Origin: Puccinia triticina
Lineage: Eukaryota
Reading direction: 5' to 3'
Assembly (NCBI GenBank): GCA_026914245.1
Contig: CP110439.1
Span: 558,001-622,000, forward strand
Length of the DNA stretch: 64,000 nucleotides
The notes beneath the pieces were generated by a model that had not been told where the DNA came from, did not search any database, and saw only the letters and a program-made list of their open reading frames with translations. Of the stretch, positions 47,446-61,037 are shown piece by piece; positions within the stretch are counted from its first letter, which is position 1; the number at the start of each line of letters is the position of its first letter. A program made the translations under genes and the position numbers.

Positions 47446-50400
47446 CTGAGCTGAGATTTGTGCTAACCCTTGGTGGGATGAATATCGGCTGGAGGTTGGG
47501 CTGGAGAGGTCGATGGCTGGCTAGTTAGGACGGGAGGAGGAGCTCTGGGAGGGGTGCTGGCGACTTCAGGGATGAAGGACAGATGGGCGGGTGCTGCTAT
47601 GTACCCCCGTGGCTGGACCAGATGGTTCAATAAGGTAAGAACAGATCGAAGGCGGACGATAGGAGACAGACAGGAGATAGGAGTGGGAGGAGAGACCGCC
47701 TGAAATTGGAAGACAAAATATCCTTCGCGTTAGAAACGGTGGGCGGAGCGAGTCGGCGGGTTCAGCTGGGCTAGGAGGGGTACATACCCCGGGCAACACT
47801 GGTTGGGAGGAAGGCGCTGAGACGAAGAGCAAGAGCAGGGAGCCGTTTGGGCGGGCCTGGAGGGGTGGCTTGGCTGGATGGAACGACACGGACACGCTGC
47901 AAACTCAGGTGCACGACGCTGTGACTGTCGGACTGTCGAGGACAATTCAGTGTTCGGAACAGGCCACGCTCCAGTCGCGAGCCTATTTTATTTATAACTG
48001 TATTTCTCCTACAGCAGCAGCCTTACCCAAACATTAATCTCGGCTGGTTTAAACCGAAAAAAACTCACCAAAAACACATACATAAATAGTAAAAACACAC
48101 ACTGCCACTGCCACCCCCACCGACTCGGCATCAACGACGAGGCCACACAACCAACTGATTTATTTTGTACACCCCCCTCCCTGCGACCGTCTCATGGCCA
48201 TCATCACCTTCCGGGTTGCCAACAACAGCCCTCACGGTGCATATGTAACTGGGCGCGTTTCCTCGACAGGCCCAACAGAAAGATCTCAGGATGAAGAGAA
48301 GAAATACAACTGATCAATCAGTCTCCAACTCTGCTTTGAGAATCATTGCAACTTGTTGGGCATGTACAATTTTTATCTATTTGGATCTAAGTATGGATCT
48401 GTATGTACCTGCAACTTGGCTACCAATGCATTGCAACAGACTTCTTTTTGTTTGCTTGCATATTAGACAAGACCTTACATATCATGTCTTGTACCATAGA
48501 TGGCACTGGTAGTAGTGTTTTTAGTATCAATTCAACCCATCATCGGCCATGATCGGGTCAAAACAGAAGAGCTAAAGTGCCTGCTACATATCCCCTCCTT
48601 CAAAGTTCAGCCCTTACCCGAACAAACATCCCACAGGAATCAGTTGTGTGTGCATTTGGCATTGAACCATCCCTAAAGAGGCACTCTTCATAACCCTTCA
48701 TGATACAAAAAAATTCACCCACCAGATCATCAATGACTTGATAGTACAAGGCTGTAACGTATCAAAAAAAAAAGTGTTTAACACCTGGAGCCCAAGTTTA
48801 CTCCTCCAGGAAAGCCTGTGGCAACTGATGACGCGTCGAATGGTAGTGAGCTGAGTACAATTAACTCCGCGAGCAGGCAGGACCTCAGTATGTACCGCTA
48901 TTATCCAAAGTTGAAACCAACACCAACTGGGAGATATGATGATGCGTACAGGGCAACTTCGGTCTCCGTCGGGTCCCGCGTCTTGAGAGTTTATCATCTG
49001 ACAATAATAATCATGATTCACCATTTTTTCATATCTCGCATCACCAATGCAGATTTTCAATCCCGTTTTTTCCCTCCTGGGGTGACAGAGGGTAACGAGG
49101 ATTCTGTTCATCGCTGTTCATACAACAAACTGTTCTACGGCATTATTTACACCAAGCATTCACAAATTGCCACTATCATTCACAGCAGAGCACAATCTGT
49201 GTGTGTCCTTCCAGCTCACACAACCGATAACTTTATGAAGAAATGACGCTACACATCTCCCTCCCTGGCGTTGTCGGAGTATAACTTTCCTCGCCGATGA
49301 CGATAGCTATGATAGCGCTGCGGATCGAAACATATAATGAAGATCAATAATATACAGAACCCGCAAAGGTGGTGGCGAGGTCGGGCTTGGATAAACCCGT
49401 CACCGAACTCAAGGGAACCGCAGAGGTCATAGGACCCTCGAAGGCTTGGCCATCCGTCATAGCTTCAATAGTGACGCAGACAAGCTTCTAGGCCTCGTGG
49501 CGGATAGTGGTGTCAAGGGGTACACACACAGTATGTATCCCTCCGCCAAGACATTTCTGAAGGAAACATTCTCTTTTGGAAATCATGTTTCATGGATGTA
49601 GTGCTTCCACTACACACACGGGCTGCCTGACACACACTACCTTCCCCGGTTCTACACTACTAGCAATCTCACGAAATTCCATAAAATTGGCCTCACTCAC
49701 TACAATAAAAAGTACATGATGTATGTGACTCGACACAGTTAACATGCAGGTCATTCCAACATGAACTTTTGACAGCTGCAAGGTCTTCTAAATTGATTGT
49801 TTCTGCACAGCAATTCACTATGGATTGGGGTTTGAATGAAGTGACTCTTTGGTGTGATTTGAGTTGAAACATATGTTTTGTATTGTAAGTTGCGGCATGT
49901 CAATTGATGGCAGTTTCTCAAGAGTGTTTTCAAAGTGACTGGTCCTTCACATTGGAACTCAAAATTTGATTGTTGAAATGAAAGAAGATCTGTCTGTGCC
50001 ACCCTCACATACAATTCAAGAGTTCTTGCAGCTCATCAATATTATAGCATCACCATAAAGTTAAAGGTGCAATGCATTAAGACGGTATAGCTAACACTAG
50101 GCTAGAGAGTGATGTACAGCTGCATTCTTCTCAATCTTACTGGCACAAAGAGCTTATGAAATCTTTATGCTGCAAGAAGAATTACCTTCCACCATAATGT
50201 AGCCAAAGCCTGAAGGGCAAGTAATATCACTTGTGGTAAATATCCTTAGCTGAAATACTGCTTGAGCTGAGTCCAAGTGGCAACATGTTCTCTAAGTTCT
50301 GCAGAGCTCCTGACTGAAAAGGCACAGAACGGCTCAGCTCCAGCACTGAGAATGTGATGGTCAATGTTTTTCAAGTTTTCCTGGCAAGAGGTATGATTTC

Positions 50401-50510
50401 ACATTCTGCAAAAGTTCACAAATTAAAGTCTCCTGATAAGATTATGTATCAATAATATGACAAGTCACAGCCTAGACTGGTTGTGCACAATAGTGGTGTT
50501 CACAATATAA

Positions 50511-50660
50511 GGCCCCGTTTGGAGCCGATATAATCCAGGCAATATATGATTTTTTTTGCATGACATCCTATGTGACATCTGATCAGGTCCGCCAAAACTT
50601 AATCAGATGTCACAAGTTTCCCGATTATATCGCGCAATTATATCGGCTCCAAATGGGGCC
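50511..50660. mobile_element. PIF/Harbinger-like (Tourist-type) MITE
   Basis: 24-bp TIR GGCCCCRTTTGGAGCCGATATAAT, flanks TAA/CAA. Confidence 0.82.
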
Positions 50661-51281
50661 CAAATCTCTGAAACATTCAAGCCCATTTTAAGGTGTGTAT
50701 CAGCAACTTTTTAAAAAATGAAGAAGTTGTTCTGATTGCCCAGAAACTCCCCAATTTGCGCATCTTGCCAAATTTTAACAGATGTTCATGAAGGCGTTAA
50801 AATTGTCTCTAAAGTGTTGTAAGATTCTATTAATTCATGAGCCTCCCTAATGGGATGAAACTGACAACCTTAAAGCTATAAGTATTGCTACCAATCTTGA
50901 TGGAATTCCAATCTCTCCAATTTGTATTGTGTCATGTCAGAAGGAAAATTGGTTACTGTGGCGCTGTAGACTCGAACAAGAAACTCGATTGTGCACATCG
51001 ATTTTCTGTCCAATTCTTATGGCCAAGACTGTGGCAGAGTGCACTATTGGCTGTCAAGAAGCCAAGAGCTCTATGCATCTAACAGTGCTCACAGCCCCAT
51101 GCATAAAGTTGCTCCCAGCGGAGACCCAAGGCGCGGCTGCACCAACCAGAAAAGCCGACAGAGCAGCCCAAATACCAAGACGACAAGCGTTTCTTCGGAA
51201 GAAGGGAGCCGAAATCCTACCGGTGAAGCGAGGATGCAGACGTCGAGAGAGGAAACGTTTCAAGTACGACTCAAACAACCG

Positions 51282-51805
51282 ATGTCGATCGACAAATTAC
51301 TCGAGCTGGATGTAGGCACGTTGGCTAGCGAGATCGGCAGATTGGAAGACTCAATCGCTCGGTTGATTCAGTCGAATCAGGAGATGCTGGAGTACGAGGA
51401 CGAGTGCGGTTCGGACCCAGAAGCCAGAGAGACCTTCAAAGAAGCACGGGAAGAAAATCTAGTCACCATGTAATGTTCATCCCTCCTCTTATTAGGTTCT
51501 TTTTTCGATGCGATGGAGGAACATGTGTTCGGACTACTCAATGGCTGTACATTTTTGTGTGTGTGACGCGTGATTGGAACAGCGAGACCCAAAAAGAAAG
51601 GATCGAAATGATCAAGTGGTGTATCAGAAGAAAAACTCAACGAGATGGGGTTGACAACGCCCACTACCACGTCAATCACTCAGATCCACCAGTGAAAAGA
51701 GGCACAACCGCCTCCCCGGCTCACTTTATTGCTACCGGAGACAACATAATGACAGAGGATGATGAATCCACGGGATTGGACCCAGATGATGGGATTAACT
51801 TGTAA
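51282..51805 (+). CDS. Small hypothetical coiled-coil protein (2 exons)
   Basis: MSIDKLLELD...LEDSIARLIQSNQEM, GT-AG intron ~51470-51582, acidic C-terminus. Confidence 0.65.
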
Positions 51806-52108
51806 TGAAATAATGTCGTTGATTCATAGTAGTTGAGTGCCTATCAAAGCGTCCACTATGTAGCTTGGGGCCTTATATTATGGGTGTCCCACAACATCGT
51901 GTATGTGTGATCAAGATCTTACTCCGCGCGACGGCGAGGCACAGTGGCTGGCTAATGTGTTCATAGCGTTCCGTTGAGCTTGGTTGTTTACAACGGGACG
52001 TAAAGTGGTTGATGAATGGCATATCGCATAGGGGACAATTCCCTGATGGGTTGATTTGAAGAATTTTTTGCAGTCGAGGTGAAAAAAGAGAATTTTCTCA
52101 TGTACAAC

Positions 52109-52771
52109 TTAATGGCCAGCTCTTCGGGTTTCAGCGATCACACCGGTCAGTTCATCAACTTTGCGTTTGGCCCGACGAAGGGTACCGAGCTGGAAGGAGA
52201 ATAGAGCGAGGACAAATGATTTGGTTGGCAGGATGAGTGTCTCGAGGTCAGTAGATGATAGCAATGGAGATGGTGAACATCGGGATGATAGCAATGGAGA
52301 TGGTGAACATCGGGATGAAATTGATGGGGTGAAGTCGCTTACTCGGCGTTTGGTCAACTTTCGTGCTTTCTTGTCCTTCGAGTTTCGGATCAATTCCATG
52401 ACCCGACGTTCGTAAGGGGCAAATCCAGCAACCTCACGGACGATGGAGCGAACAAACTAGACCAGAACGAACGCAGACGGGGTTGAGATGAGTTCAGAGA
52501 ATCGAGTAGAGTTCAATGAGTTTGACAGTTCGATCTCACCGTGGTGCGCTTGGAGGCTCGTCCCTTGAAGTGAGAAGGCTTGTTGGGAAGGACCCGAGGA
52601 GTGGTTTTGTGGCCAGAGTTGAGTCCTCGGGGGAGACCTGAGTTGGTCGATAACAGTGCGACAGTCAGGACACCGCCGATATCAGGGCGACACTGTTCCT
52701 GGCGGGGAAAGGGGGCTTTTGGACAAACCTGTGCGGGTCGCTGCCACTCGGGTGGATTGTGCTCGTGCCAT
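52109..52771 (-). CDS. RPL36: 60S ribosomal protein eL36
   Basis: [45 protein letters not shown], 4 exons. Confidence 0.96.
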
Positions 52772-53053
52772 TGCGAATGAGGTGGTGTCTTGAGGACCGT
52801 CGTCGGTGATGGTTGGCGGAGCTTGCTGGGTCGATCGGTCGCTGGCGGTGCCGAGGAAGGGCCAGGCAGCCGCCGGGGAGGGGTGGGCGGGCACGAAACC
52901 TAAGCGGTTCTCACCAGTTAGGGTTAGGTTAACCAATACCCGGGGCCGTGCCCTTGGCCAGAGAGCCCAGCCGGACTATCCACCCGCCCAGACTGACCAT
53001 CTCCACCTCTTCCGGCCACCGACGACCACCTCGACAGGACCTCAAGACTCGAC

Positions 53054-53948
53054 ATGCCGCCAAAATCATCAACCAAGGCCGACCCCAAGGGTGAGAAACC
53101 CCCTTCTTCCATGGACACATCATCTGAAAAAAGTTTTTTCTTCCCGCGGGAGCACTTACAGTTATTTTCCTTCCTTTCTATCAATTTCGGACTCGGTTGT
53201 GTACGATCTCTGCTTCGATCAACCTGTCGATCCAAATCAAATGAACTTGGTGGAAATGTCCAGCCTCAACGGCCAAGACCCAAGTGGCCAAGGCCAAGTC
53301 AGCCAAGAAGGCCGTCATCAAGGGTACCTCCTCGAAAACCCAACGGCGCGTTCGCACTTCGGTCACCTTCCACCGACCCAAGACCCTCCGACTATCCCGA
53401 AAGCCGAAATACCCCAGAACTTCGGTCCCTCATGCTCCTCGAATGGACGCCTACCGGATCCTGGTCCGCCCTTTGAACACCGAGAGTGCGATGAAGAAGA
53501 TTGAAGACAACAACACCCTTCTATTCATCGTTGACATCAAGGGTTCGTGTGTCCTCAACCGCAACACTCACCATTCTCGATGTTGCGTGTACTGATCGCT
53601 GATCCTCCTGTTTTCCTCTTGGGTTTCTATTATTAGCCAACAAGCGTCAAATCGCCGAAGCCGTCAAGAAACTTTATGACGTTACACCTCTCCGAGTGAA
53701 CACTCTCATCCGGTGGGTAGCATTATCCACATGTAACCCTCCATAACCTCAGTCACTCACCGCCGCCTTTTAATAAATGACCCACAGTCCCGATGGCAAA
53801 AAGAAAGCCTTCGTTCGTCTGACCCCTGAAGTTGATGCATTAGACATTGCTAACAAGGTAAGACCTCATCCACACTTTTTCGATCACTCCATCGTCCTGA
53901 CTGCAGCCTCAATTATTGTTTTCTTTACTATAGATCGGTTTCATTTAA
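53054..53948 (+). CDS. RPL25: 60S ribosomal protein uL23 (L25/L23a)
   Basis: [38 protein letters not shown], ends NKIGFI. Confidence 0.97.
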
Positions 53949-54613
53949 AGATTTGCTTTTCACGTGGTTGGTTTGAGGGTGGTGCAATCGGGCCTGTGCT
54001 CTCAGCCAGTTGGGACCGAGGCTCAGCAACTATGCATTGTAATGATGATTCTTATAGCTACATGTCAAATCAATTCTATGGCCCAGTCTATCATGTTGAT
54101 TCCCCGGCTGGGGCACAGCTATTGCCACCATTCTGAAATCTTGGTTTCTACATTGCCTGGGTTACCATTCGATGGAATGTCTCTGCCCATTGCAACCCAC
54201 CCCAATATCTACTCTCTCGGGCTCGTATGGTGTGACACTTCTTTCCCAAGTGAAGGCCGGTTTGTGAATTGGTAACGAATTGGATGCTTTCCGCGGCACG
54301 CGCCAGAAAGCCTTGGAGATTGAGAATAGCTTTCCTCCCCACAGGGATGAGGATGCAGTCGGCGGTGTCATTTCCCCTGGTCATGTGTACACAAATGCTT
54401 TCCCATCGCAAAGGCATGCGTAACAGCTTGTGCCAGGGCCCAGGTCTGCAGATGCCTGGGACAGCGATGTCACTGAGCTGTCACAGTGGTCGCCGTGACT
54501 GTGTCGGCTGGTCACGAGAGCGCTGGGCTACGCGAACCGTGACTTGAGCCGATCGAGCAAGTTTCTATCAATCGATCAAGAAAACCGACTGCAGCTAAAT
54601 ATTTCTATCCAAG

Positions 54614-55786
54614 ATGCGCTGGCTACCGTTGGAATCTAATCCGGAGGTGATGAACGCCTGGTCATCTGGTCAGTAATCCATGTTCTTCCTCAAACCACAT
54701 AGCATGATCAGATCAGAAGACCCCTGACATTTGACAACAATCGTGTTCAGCTCTAGGCCTGTCGACCGATAAGGTGAGCTTCACGGACGTGTACGGACTC
54801 GACGCCGAGCTTCTGGCAATGGTCCCTAAGCCGGTCTACGCGGTCCTTATGCTCTTCCCGATCTCGAAGGAGTACGAAGCGGCGCGGGCGGCTGAGCATG
54901 CACGGATCGTTGAACAGGCCGGCGGGACGGTCGAATCGGACGAGCGACTGATCTTTATCAAGTTGAGTTCTCAACAAGTCGGACGATTGCTGTTTGTTTC
55001 TGTATGTACACACAACTCATCCCGTTGGAATGGTCGTGAAGGCAAACGATCAGCAATGCCTGTGGTACGATCGGCCTGCTCCATGCGTTGGCCAACAACC
55101 CCGAGATCCCGATCAGTCAGTGTCCCTCATCTGCTCCATCATTGACTTCCTGACTCAATCATGCCAAGACACTTATTTTTTTGGGCCTTGTCGCCGGATG
55201 GTTCATTTTTGCTGATCGGTCTTCAGCTGAGGGTCCGTTGACCAAGTTCCTGGAACAGTGCCGGTCTAAGAGTCCCTCTGAGCGCGCACAGCTGCTGGAG
55301 GATGACTGTGCGATTGCTGATGTACATGCTGATCAGGCACAGAGTGGGCAATCCAAGGTCCATCCATCTGTATTCCCCCTAATTTTTCATATAAGAGCTG
55401 ACCAGTAATTGCTTTTTTGTCTCTTTCTTTTGGCGGGAAGATAATAGGTTCCTAGCTCAGACGAAGAGGTCAACCTGCACTTTGTCTGTTTTGTAAAGCA
55501 GGCTGGCGAAGGGCCACCCCGACTCGTTGAGCTGGACGGCCGGAAGGCGTTCCCGATCGACCATGGTCCCATTGCCCCGTCGCACGATTTACTCGATGTC
55601 AGTCCTATTTTCCCTTCTTCGATCGTCTTCTTATCTCTCTATAGTCATCGATACTTAAATCTCTCAACATCATCTATACCAAATACGTACATGCAGGCTG
55701 TCGTCCCCGTTGTCAAACAGTTCATCAAGCTATCCCAGGACAATGTTAACTTCAACCTGATTGCACTCTGTCAAAATTCTGCTTGA
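54614..55786 (+). CDS. YUH1: Ubiquitin C-terminal hydrolase, C12 family (UCH-L3/Yuh1-like)
   Basis: WLPLESNPEV, QTISNACGT, LHFVCFV, ELDGRK, FNLIAL. Confidence 0.93.
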
Positions 55787-56267
55787 TGATCCGATCAAAC
55801 GCATTTCGGGAAAACCCCCCTGTATTTAATTACCTTACCAGCACTTTTAGCAACACCTTGGCAATGCAAGTATCTGTTTAGCTTTTATATTTATCGGTTA
55901 ACGTTACGGTGGGACAGAGCTGTGTACTTTTGTCGTTTAGTTCCGCATCAGTTATTTGCCAGTAAATAGTTACTTGTTAACCTGTGACGCCATAAATCAT
56001 CCTCATGAGTCCAATCACGGTTATATTATATTTTGTCTGGTTGGATGAAATGGCACAGCTCTGCTTAACGGTCTGTTCAGCCCTTGTGGTTAATTTCTCT
56101 GGAGGTGGTGGTGAGCCTGCAGGTGGTGTACTTTGCCTTGATGTCATCGTGGACCCCCCGGGGGGAAATGGAGTGAAACTCTCGCCTGTGCGCCACGAAA
56201 TGCAGATCTTGGCACAGCACGCCCAGCAGGACACCACTGCCGCCAAGAAACCAGCTAAGATCACAGG

Positions 56268-57691
56268 ATGGCCAACAACACCCTCGAACCAGTCTTCCTC
56301 AGCTCACCACACCATCAGCCAGCAGCAGCGCCCTACCAGCCAGCAGCCAACGCCGGCTCACAACCACGGCCCTCAGCCAGCTCAAGCTCAAGCTCATCAG
56401 CCACCCCACAGGGACTACGAAGGACTGACTCAGATCCAGTAGCAAGAACGGGAGATGGCCAGAACAGCAACAACAGCAGCCCTTCAGCATCCCATCAGCA
56501 GCACTACCCCCCACCGATCAGACTGAGGAAGGGTACCCGGTTCGAAGACGCCTATCCGAGCATGTTTGCCTCGCTGGGGGACAAGGACCCGGACCCGAGC
56601 TCGCTCCTCGCCAGTCTCGAGTCGCCCTTCCAGCTCCAGGAGTACATCGCCCATCTCGTCCGTGCCGACCCGCATGCGGTGGCCAGGATCATCAAACTAC
56701 CCAGCCCGCACGTCCAGCGCGAAGTCTGGATCTACGAGCAGCTCCGGAGACTCGCTCATGACTTGGGTCATCCCCTCGTAAGCGCTCTCCAGGCTGACTG
56801 CAACCGCGCCAAGTGTCCAGAGATGAAGGCCGGAGAATGGCTCTACCTCTGTGCGGCTCATGCGACCGCCAACGAGGTACATACATTGATTCATCTCTTC
56901 CCTTGTGGTGTACCCACTAGCATTTGGAACTGAACACCCTTCTTTCCATCCGGGCTGAAGAACGAATGCTGTGCGATCGATTATATAGTTCACACCCTCG
57001 ACGGCGCAACAGCCCTTCTGAACTCAGCCCGCTATTTTCCGAGCCGGTAAGTGTCGTCAACCGATCAAGATCACCATCCTCCGCTTCTTGCGCGCTTCCG
57101 AACTACATTGACACCCCATTCTATCTCTTATGTAGGCTACAGATCCCGGCTAGCTCGATCAAGCATTTCACTTCGATCGCTAGAAGGCTGTATAGGATCT
57201 TGGCTCATGCTTGGTTCCATCATCGTGAACTGTTTGAGGAATGTGAAGTAAGAGATTTCTTGCCTAAGACTGTGTCTCTCGAGGTACATCTTCTGAAATC
57301 TGACATCTTCTCTTTGGCCAAACTGGGTGTGTTGGATTAGATGGAGACGAGCCTCTATGCAAGGTTCTTGGCCTTGACGGACGAGTTCGGGTTGATTGCA
57401 GAGGACTTATTAGTGATTCCACGGGCGATAGAGGACGAGGGTCCACAGGACGATGGGCATCACCAGCTCGACGAAATCGACGAGGGCTCCGATGAGGCCC
57501 AAGCCGAGGCTCACCATCAAGAATCTCTGGATGACGAGCAGCAGGAGGATATTCACGATCAGCAGCAGGGGCCGTCCACCAGTGCTGGCGATCACCAGGC
57601 CATGGGTGCCTCTGATAACCCACCAGCCGGAGCAGATTCTCCTGATGATAAAAAAGAAAGCAAACCACATAAAATAGAACAAGCAGCATAA
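56268..57691 (+). CDS. MOB4: MOB4/phocein (fungal Mob3, STRIPAK subunit)
   Basis: [55 protein letters not shown]. Confidence 0.93.
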
Positions 57692-58393
57692 TTATCTCTG
57701 AACCGTTTCAATTCTTTCGTTTTTTTTAATCAGCCTAATCTTTCTTTTCATAGAATTTTGTATTCCATTCCATCTCTCTCTTTTTCGTCATCTAGCGGTG
57801 TCCCATGTATTCATATTAATCGTCTTCATCTGGTATCTTGATATTAGCAGGAAAGAAGCTGTTATCAGGACGATAAGACCAGTATGTGAATCCAAAAGAG
57901 AGACTTTGTTAGTGGGGCCATATCACATTGACAAGATCATTTATGTGTGTCCCAGAGAAAGCAAACACGCTGGTCTCTGAAGTTTGTGCACAGAGAGTCT
58001 GAAGAAGAGTCTTTGTAGTTTGGCTCACCCACAAACTGTGGCTATGTTAGGCGTGGTATATTAAAGGTGTTCAATCATGGATTTTCATTTAGGGTTTTGC
58101 CAATGATAGAAAGAGAAAAACAGAATGCTGCAATAAGAAAAGTAGGAAAACAACAAGGCTTTTCCCAATCATCTCCTCAAATGGTTGACAGACATAGGCT
58201 CTTGAATTGGAAGATTTGATCCTTCTGTTTTGATATTTGGTGCACTTATCTGGTTTGTGAACCTATCAAGAGGTTCAAGACAGTAGCTCTGTTGGAAGTG
58301 AGGCAGCAAATACATTGCAAAGCACGAATTTATCAAGTGGAGACTTGGGAGGTAAATATATATAACTGGTTTTGTCATTGAGAGATGTAGATT

Positions 58394-61037
58394 CTAAATC
58401 CCATTCTCCAAAGGCAAAGCCCATGGGAATAGTTTCAATGGCCTGTAAGTATTGAAGACACTTTCTTTGTATTTCCAGACATTGCCTTGGAAATTTGTAG
58501 TTCTAAATTTAACAAGTAGATTAAAAAGTGAACTATCATCTTGAAAGATGAACTCCCATTTCTGAGTGCTTTGGTTCTTGTAGTAGAATCCAAGGCCATG
58601 GAGCACAATTTTTGTCACAATAATATCTTCTCCTGAATGATTGATTTCTGCTGCTTTATTGCCTGATGCCACTTTTGCTTTGTAAATTGGGTATTCATTC
58701 TCTGAAAGAAAAAGATCAACCAGCAATTCATGAAACCTTAGATCTTCCCTGCAACTAGGATACTGATTGGATGTCTCAGATCCTTCATAATTTGATTTGC
58801 CTATATTAAGATTTGAAACAAGATATCTGAAGTAAATTTGAACCAATTGTTGCTCTTGGAAGAAGGAATCCTCTGAGATCTCACAACCCAAACATTCAAG
58901 AATTTGTGAGTTCATTGATGAGATGGAATTAAATATTCTTTTTAACTTTTTCACAAAATCATCTTGAGAGATGGCCTGAAACTTGATTTTCATTTCTTCA
59001 TTGCCAATATGAGTTGTGATGAATTCTAATATGTGATTTCTTATCTCTTGTGTTAAAGCACTATCAGGCTCAATATTTGTATTCACCCAATTCATTCCTA
59101 CCAATGTGCCACAGGTGATCATTTTCCATTCATCTTCAGCCTTGTCATCCAAATAAAAGATGTGTGCATGTGAAAAAATGTTTTGATCTATGTAATTGTG
59201 TAATGACGGTCCATTCTCTCCAATAAATTCAACATATTTTTCAAAATTGAAATTTCTCATCCTACCATTTTGTAGGAGATCTTTTGTTGAAAAACCAGGT
59301 GGAAGATTGCTCTTCCAGGGTAGCAGACTTCCCTCTGGTCCTAACTCCTTGAAGCTCCTCCTTTGTGCAAGGGAACTTGCTACCATCCATCTCCCTTTGA
59401 TATCAACTATTTGAAGCACAAAAAACCTATCCTCTTCAAACAATGCATCCCACTTTGGAGGGTTGCTGTTTTTGTGGTAAAATCCCAGAGAATGGATGGC
59501 TGCTTCAATCATTAAAATTTTCTTCTGGGAGATCGATTGATTTCCACCCTTCCAAAATCTGGTTATACTGTAGTCATATTGGCTGTTTTCTTCTGAATCT
59601 AGAGCTCTCTTGATCTTCTGATAAAGTGATTTTTTTATATTAAAATTCAAACTATCATTTTCCTCATTGGAATGCTTTGTACTTATGTGCAGGTTTTCTT
59701 CCTGTTGTTCCACCATGAAAACAAGAAACCACTCTATCATACCAATCTGCTCCTGGAGATAGAAAGGGTCTGTTTTGTCTCCTCCAAGGACATGCAGAAA
59801 TCTGAAATTCAAACCCCACATAATGTAACACATTTCTTTCAACTCATCATTTAGATGTAGTTTTGTTTCCAGACTGATGTATTGCTTTTTATCTGTTTCT
59901 TGTTGAAGCAATCTTTTGTTTTGCAGGAAATTCAGTGGCAAACTTTGAATGATTTCATGCATGTGCCTATTATCTAATGCAGTGCCACGTTCTCCAATCA
60001 CTGAAAGCCAAGGCCATACTTTACGGTTCAGATTGTTAGATGGGCAGAACTCTTTGACTGACTTTTCCTGCTTGGATCCTATTGGACTTGACAAGTGAAT
60101 ATCAGAACTTGGACCTATGAATGGATTATTTTGCTGATATTCAATCAATATACTTTCATGAGACTTGCTTGGCAACTTAGCTTTTTTATTGAAATTCTTG
60201 GTATGCAATTCTGCCACATGGGCTGTTCTGCTATTATGTGGAACTGTTTTAATGGATTTGTGAAGCCGAGGCCTGCTGGTAGTTTGAGAGGAAGGAATCT
60301 GAATTTTGTCTTGCTTTTTAATATCAAACTTTTGCACAAATGTTTCAAGAATTGGGATAGTTGCAGCTATACTCTCACCTATTGAAAAAAAAGGCATTTG
60401 GCAGGTTTTACTGTTTGATGATCATTTTAGGCACTGCTATGATTGCCTACATTCAAACGAAAGAGATACACTTACCAACGGGTTCAATTGCCAGACGTGA
60501 TGGACCAGGCAAAATAACTGATTCTTGCTGCCAACAGTAACCCAAATCAGAATCCGAAGGAGGACCCAGGGTTAGACTCAGGTCTAGTTTTACTTTTTTG
60601 CTTGCTGATTTATGGTTGGCTGCGGCGACTTCGCTCTCCTGACATGGCCACACATGCAATGGTCTTTTCCTGCCTTGACGGTCACGATAGACTGCCCCTT
60701 CTGATTCATCACAATCTGAATCGATGAACAATTTCTTAGGTTTTTCAAAATGGGTCTCAAGTATTCAATTAGACTTACCGATATGCGAGTCTAATGCCGG
60801 CGGCATTTGGCTCAGCTCTAGCCTTTCGGGAGTACTTTTCTTTTCCTCTGATTGCAAGTTGGGAGGAGTTGGAAAGAACTGGAACAGCTGTTGGGGATGA
60901 CTATTTTCATTCATGTTGCTTTGAAGAAACACCCTTCCTAGCTCGTCACAGGCTGGTTTTTCCGATGAATGAATGCTTGATGTCAAAGCTGCAGAGATAT
61001 AGCAAACCTTGAGCAGGATCAGAAGATATTCACTCAT
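58394..61037 (-). CDS. Large lineage-specific hypothetical protein, possibly secreted (about 3 exons)
   Basis: 667-codon ORF plus upstream exons, hydrophobic N-terminus, DLSLTLG motif, two internal repeats containing LGFY.KN....KW..F. Confidence 0.7.

Noticed and set aside
53091..53263. Intronic snoRNA in RPL25 intron 1
   Set aside because: A CTGA is present but there is no convincing C box or terminal stem.
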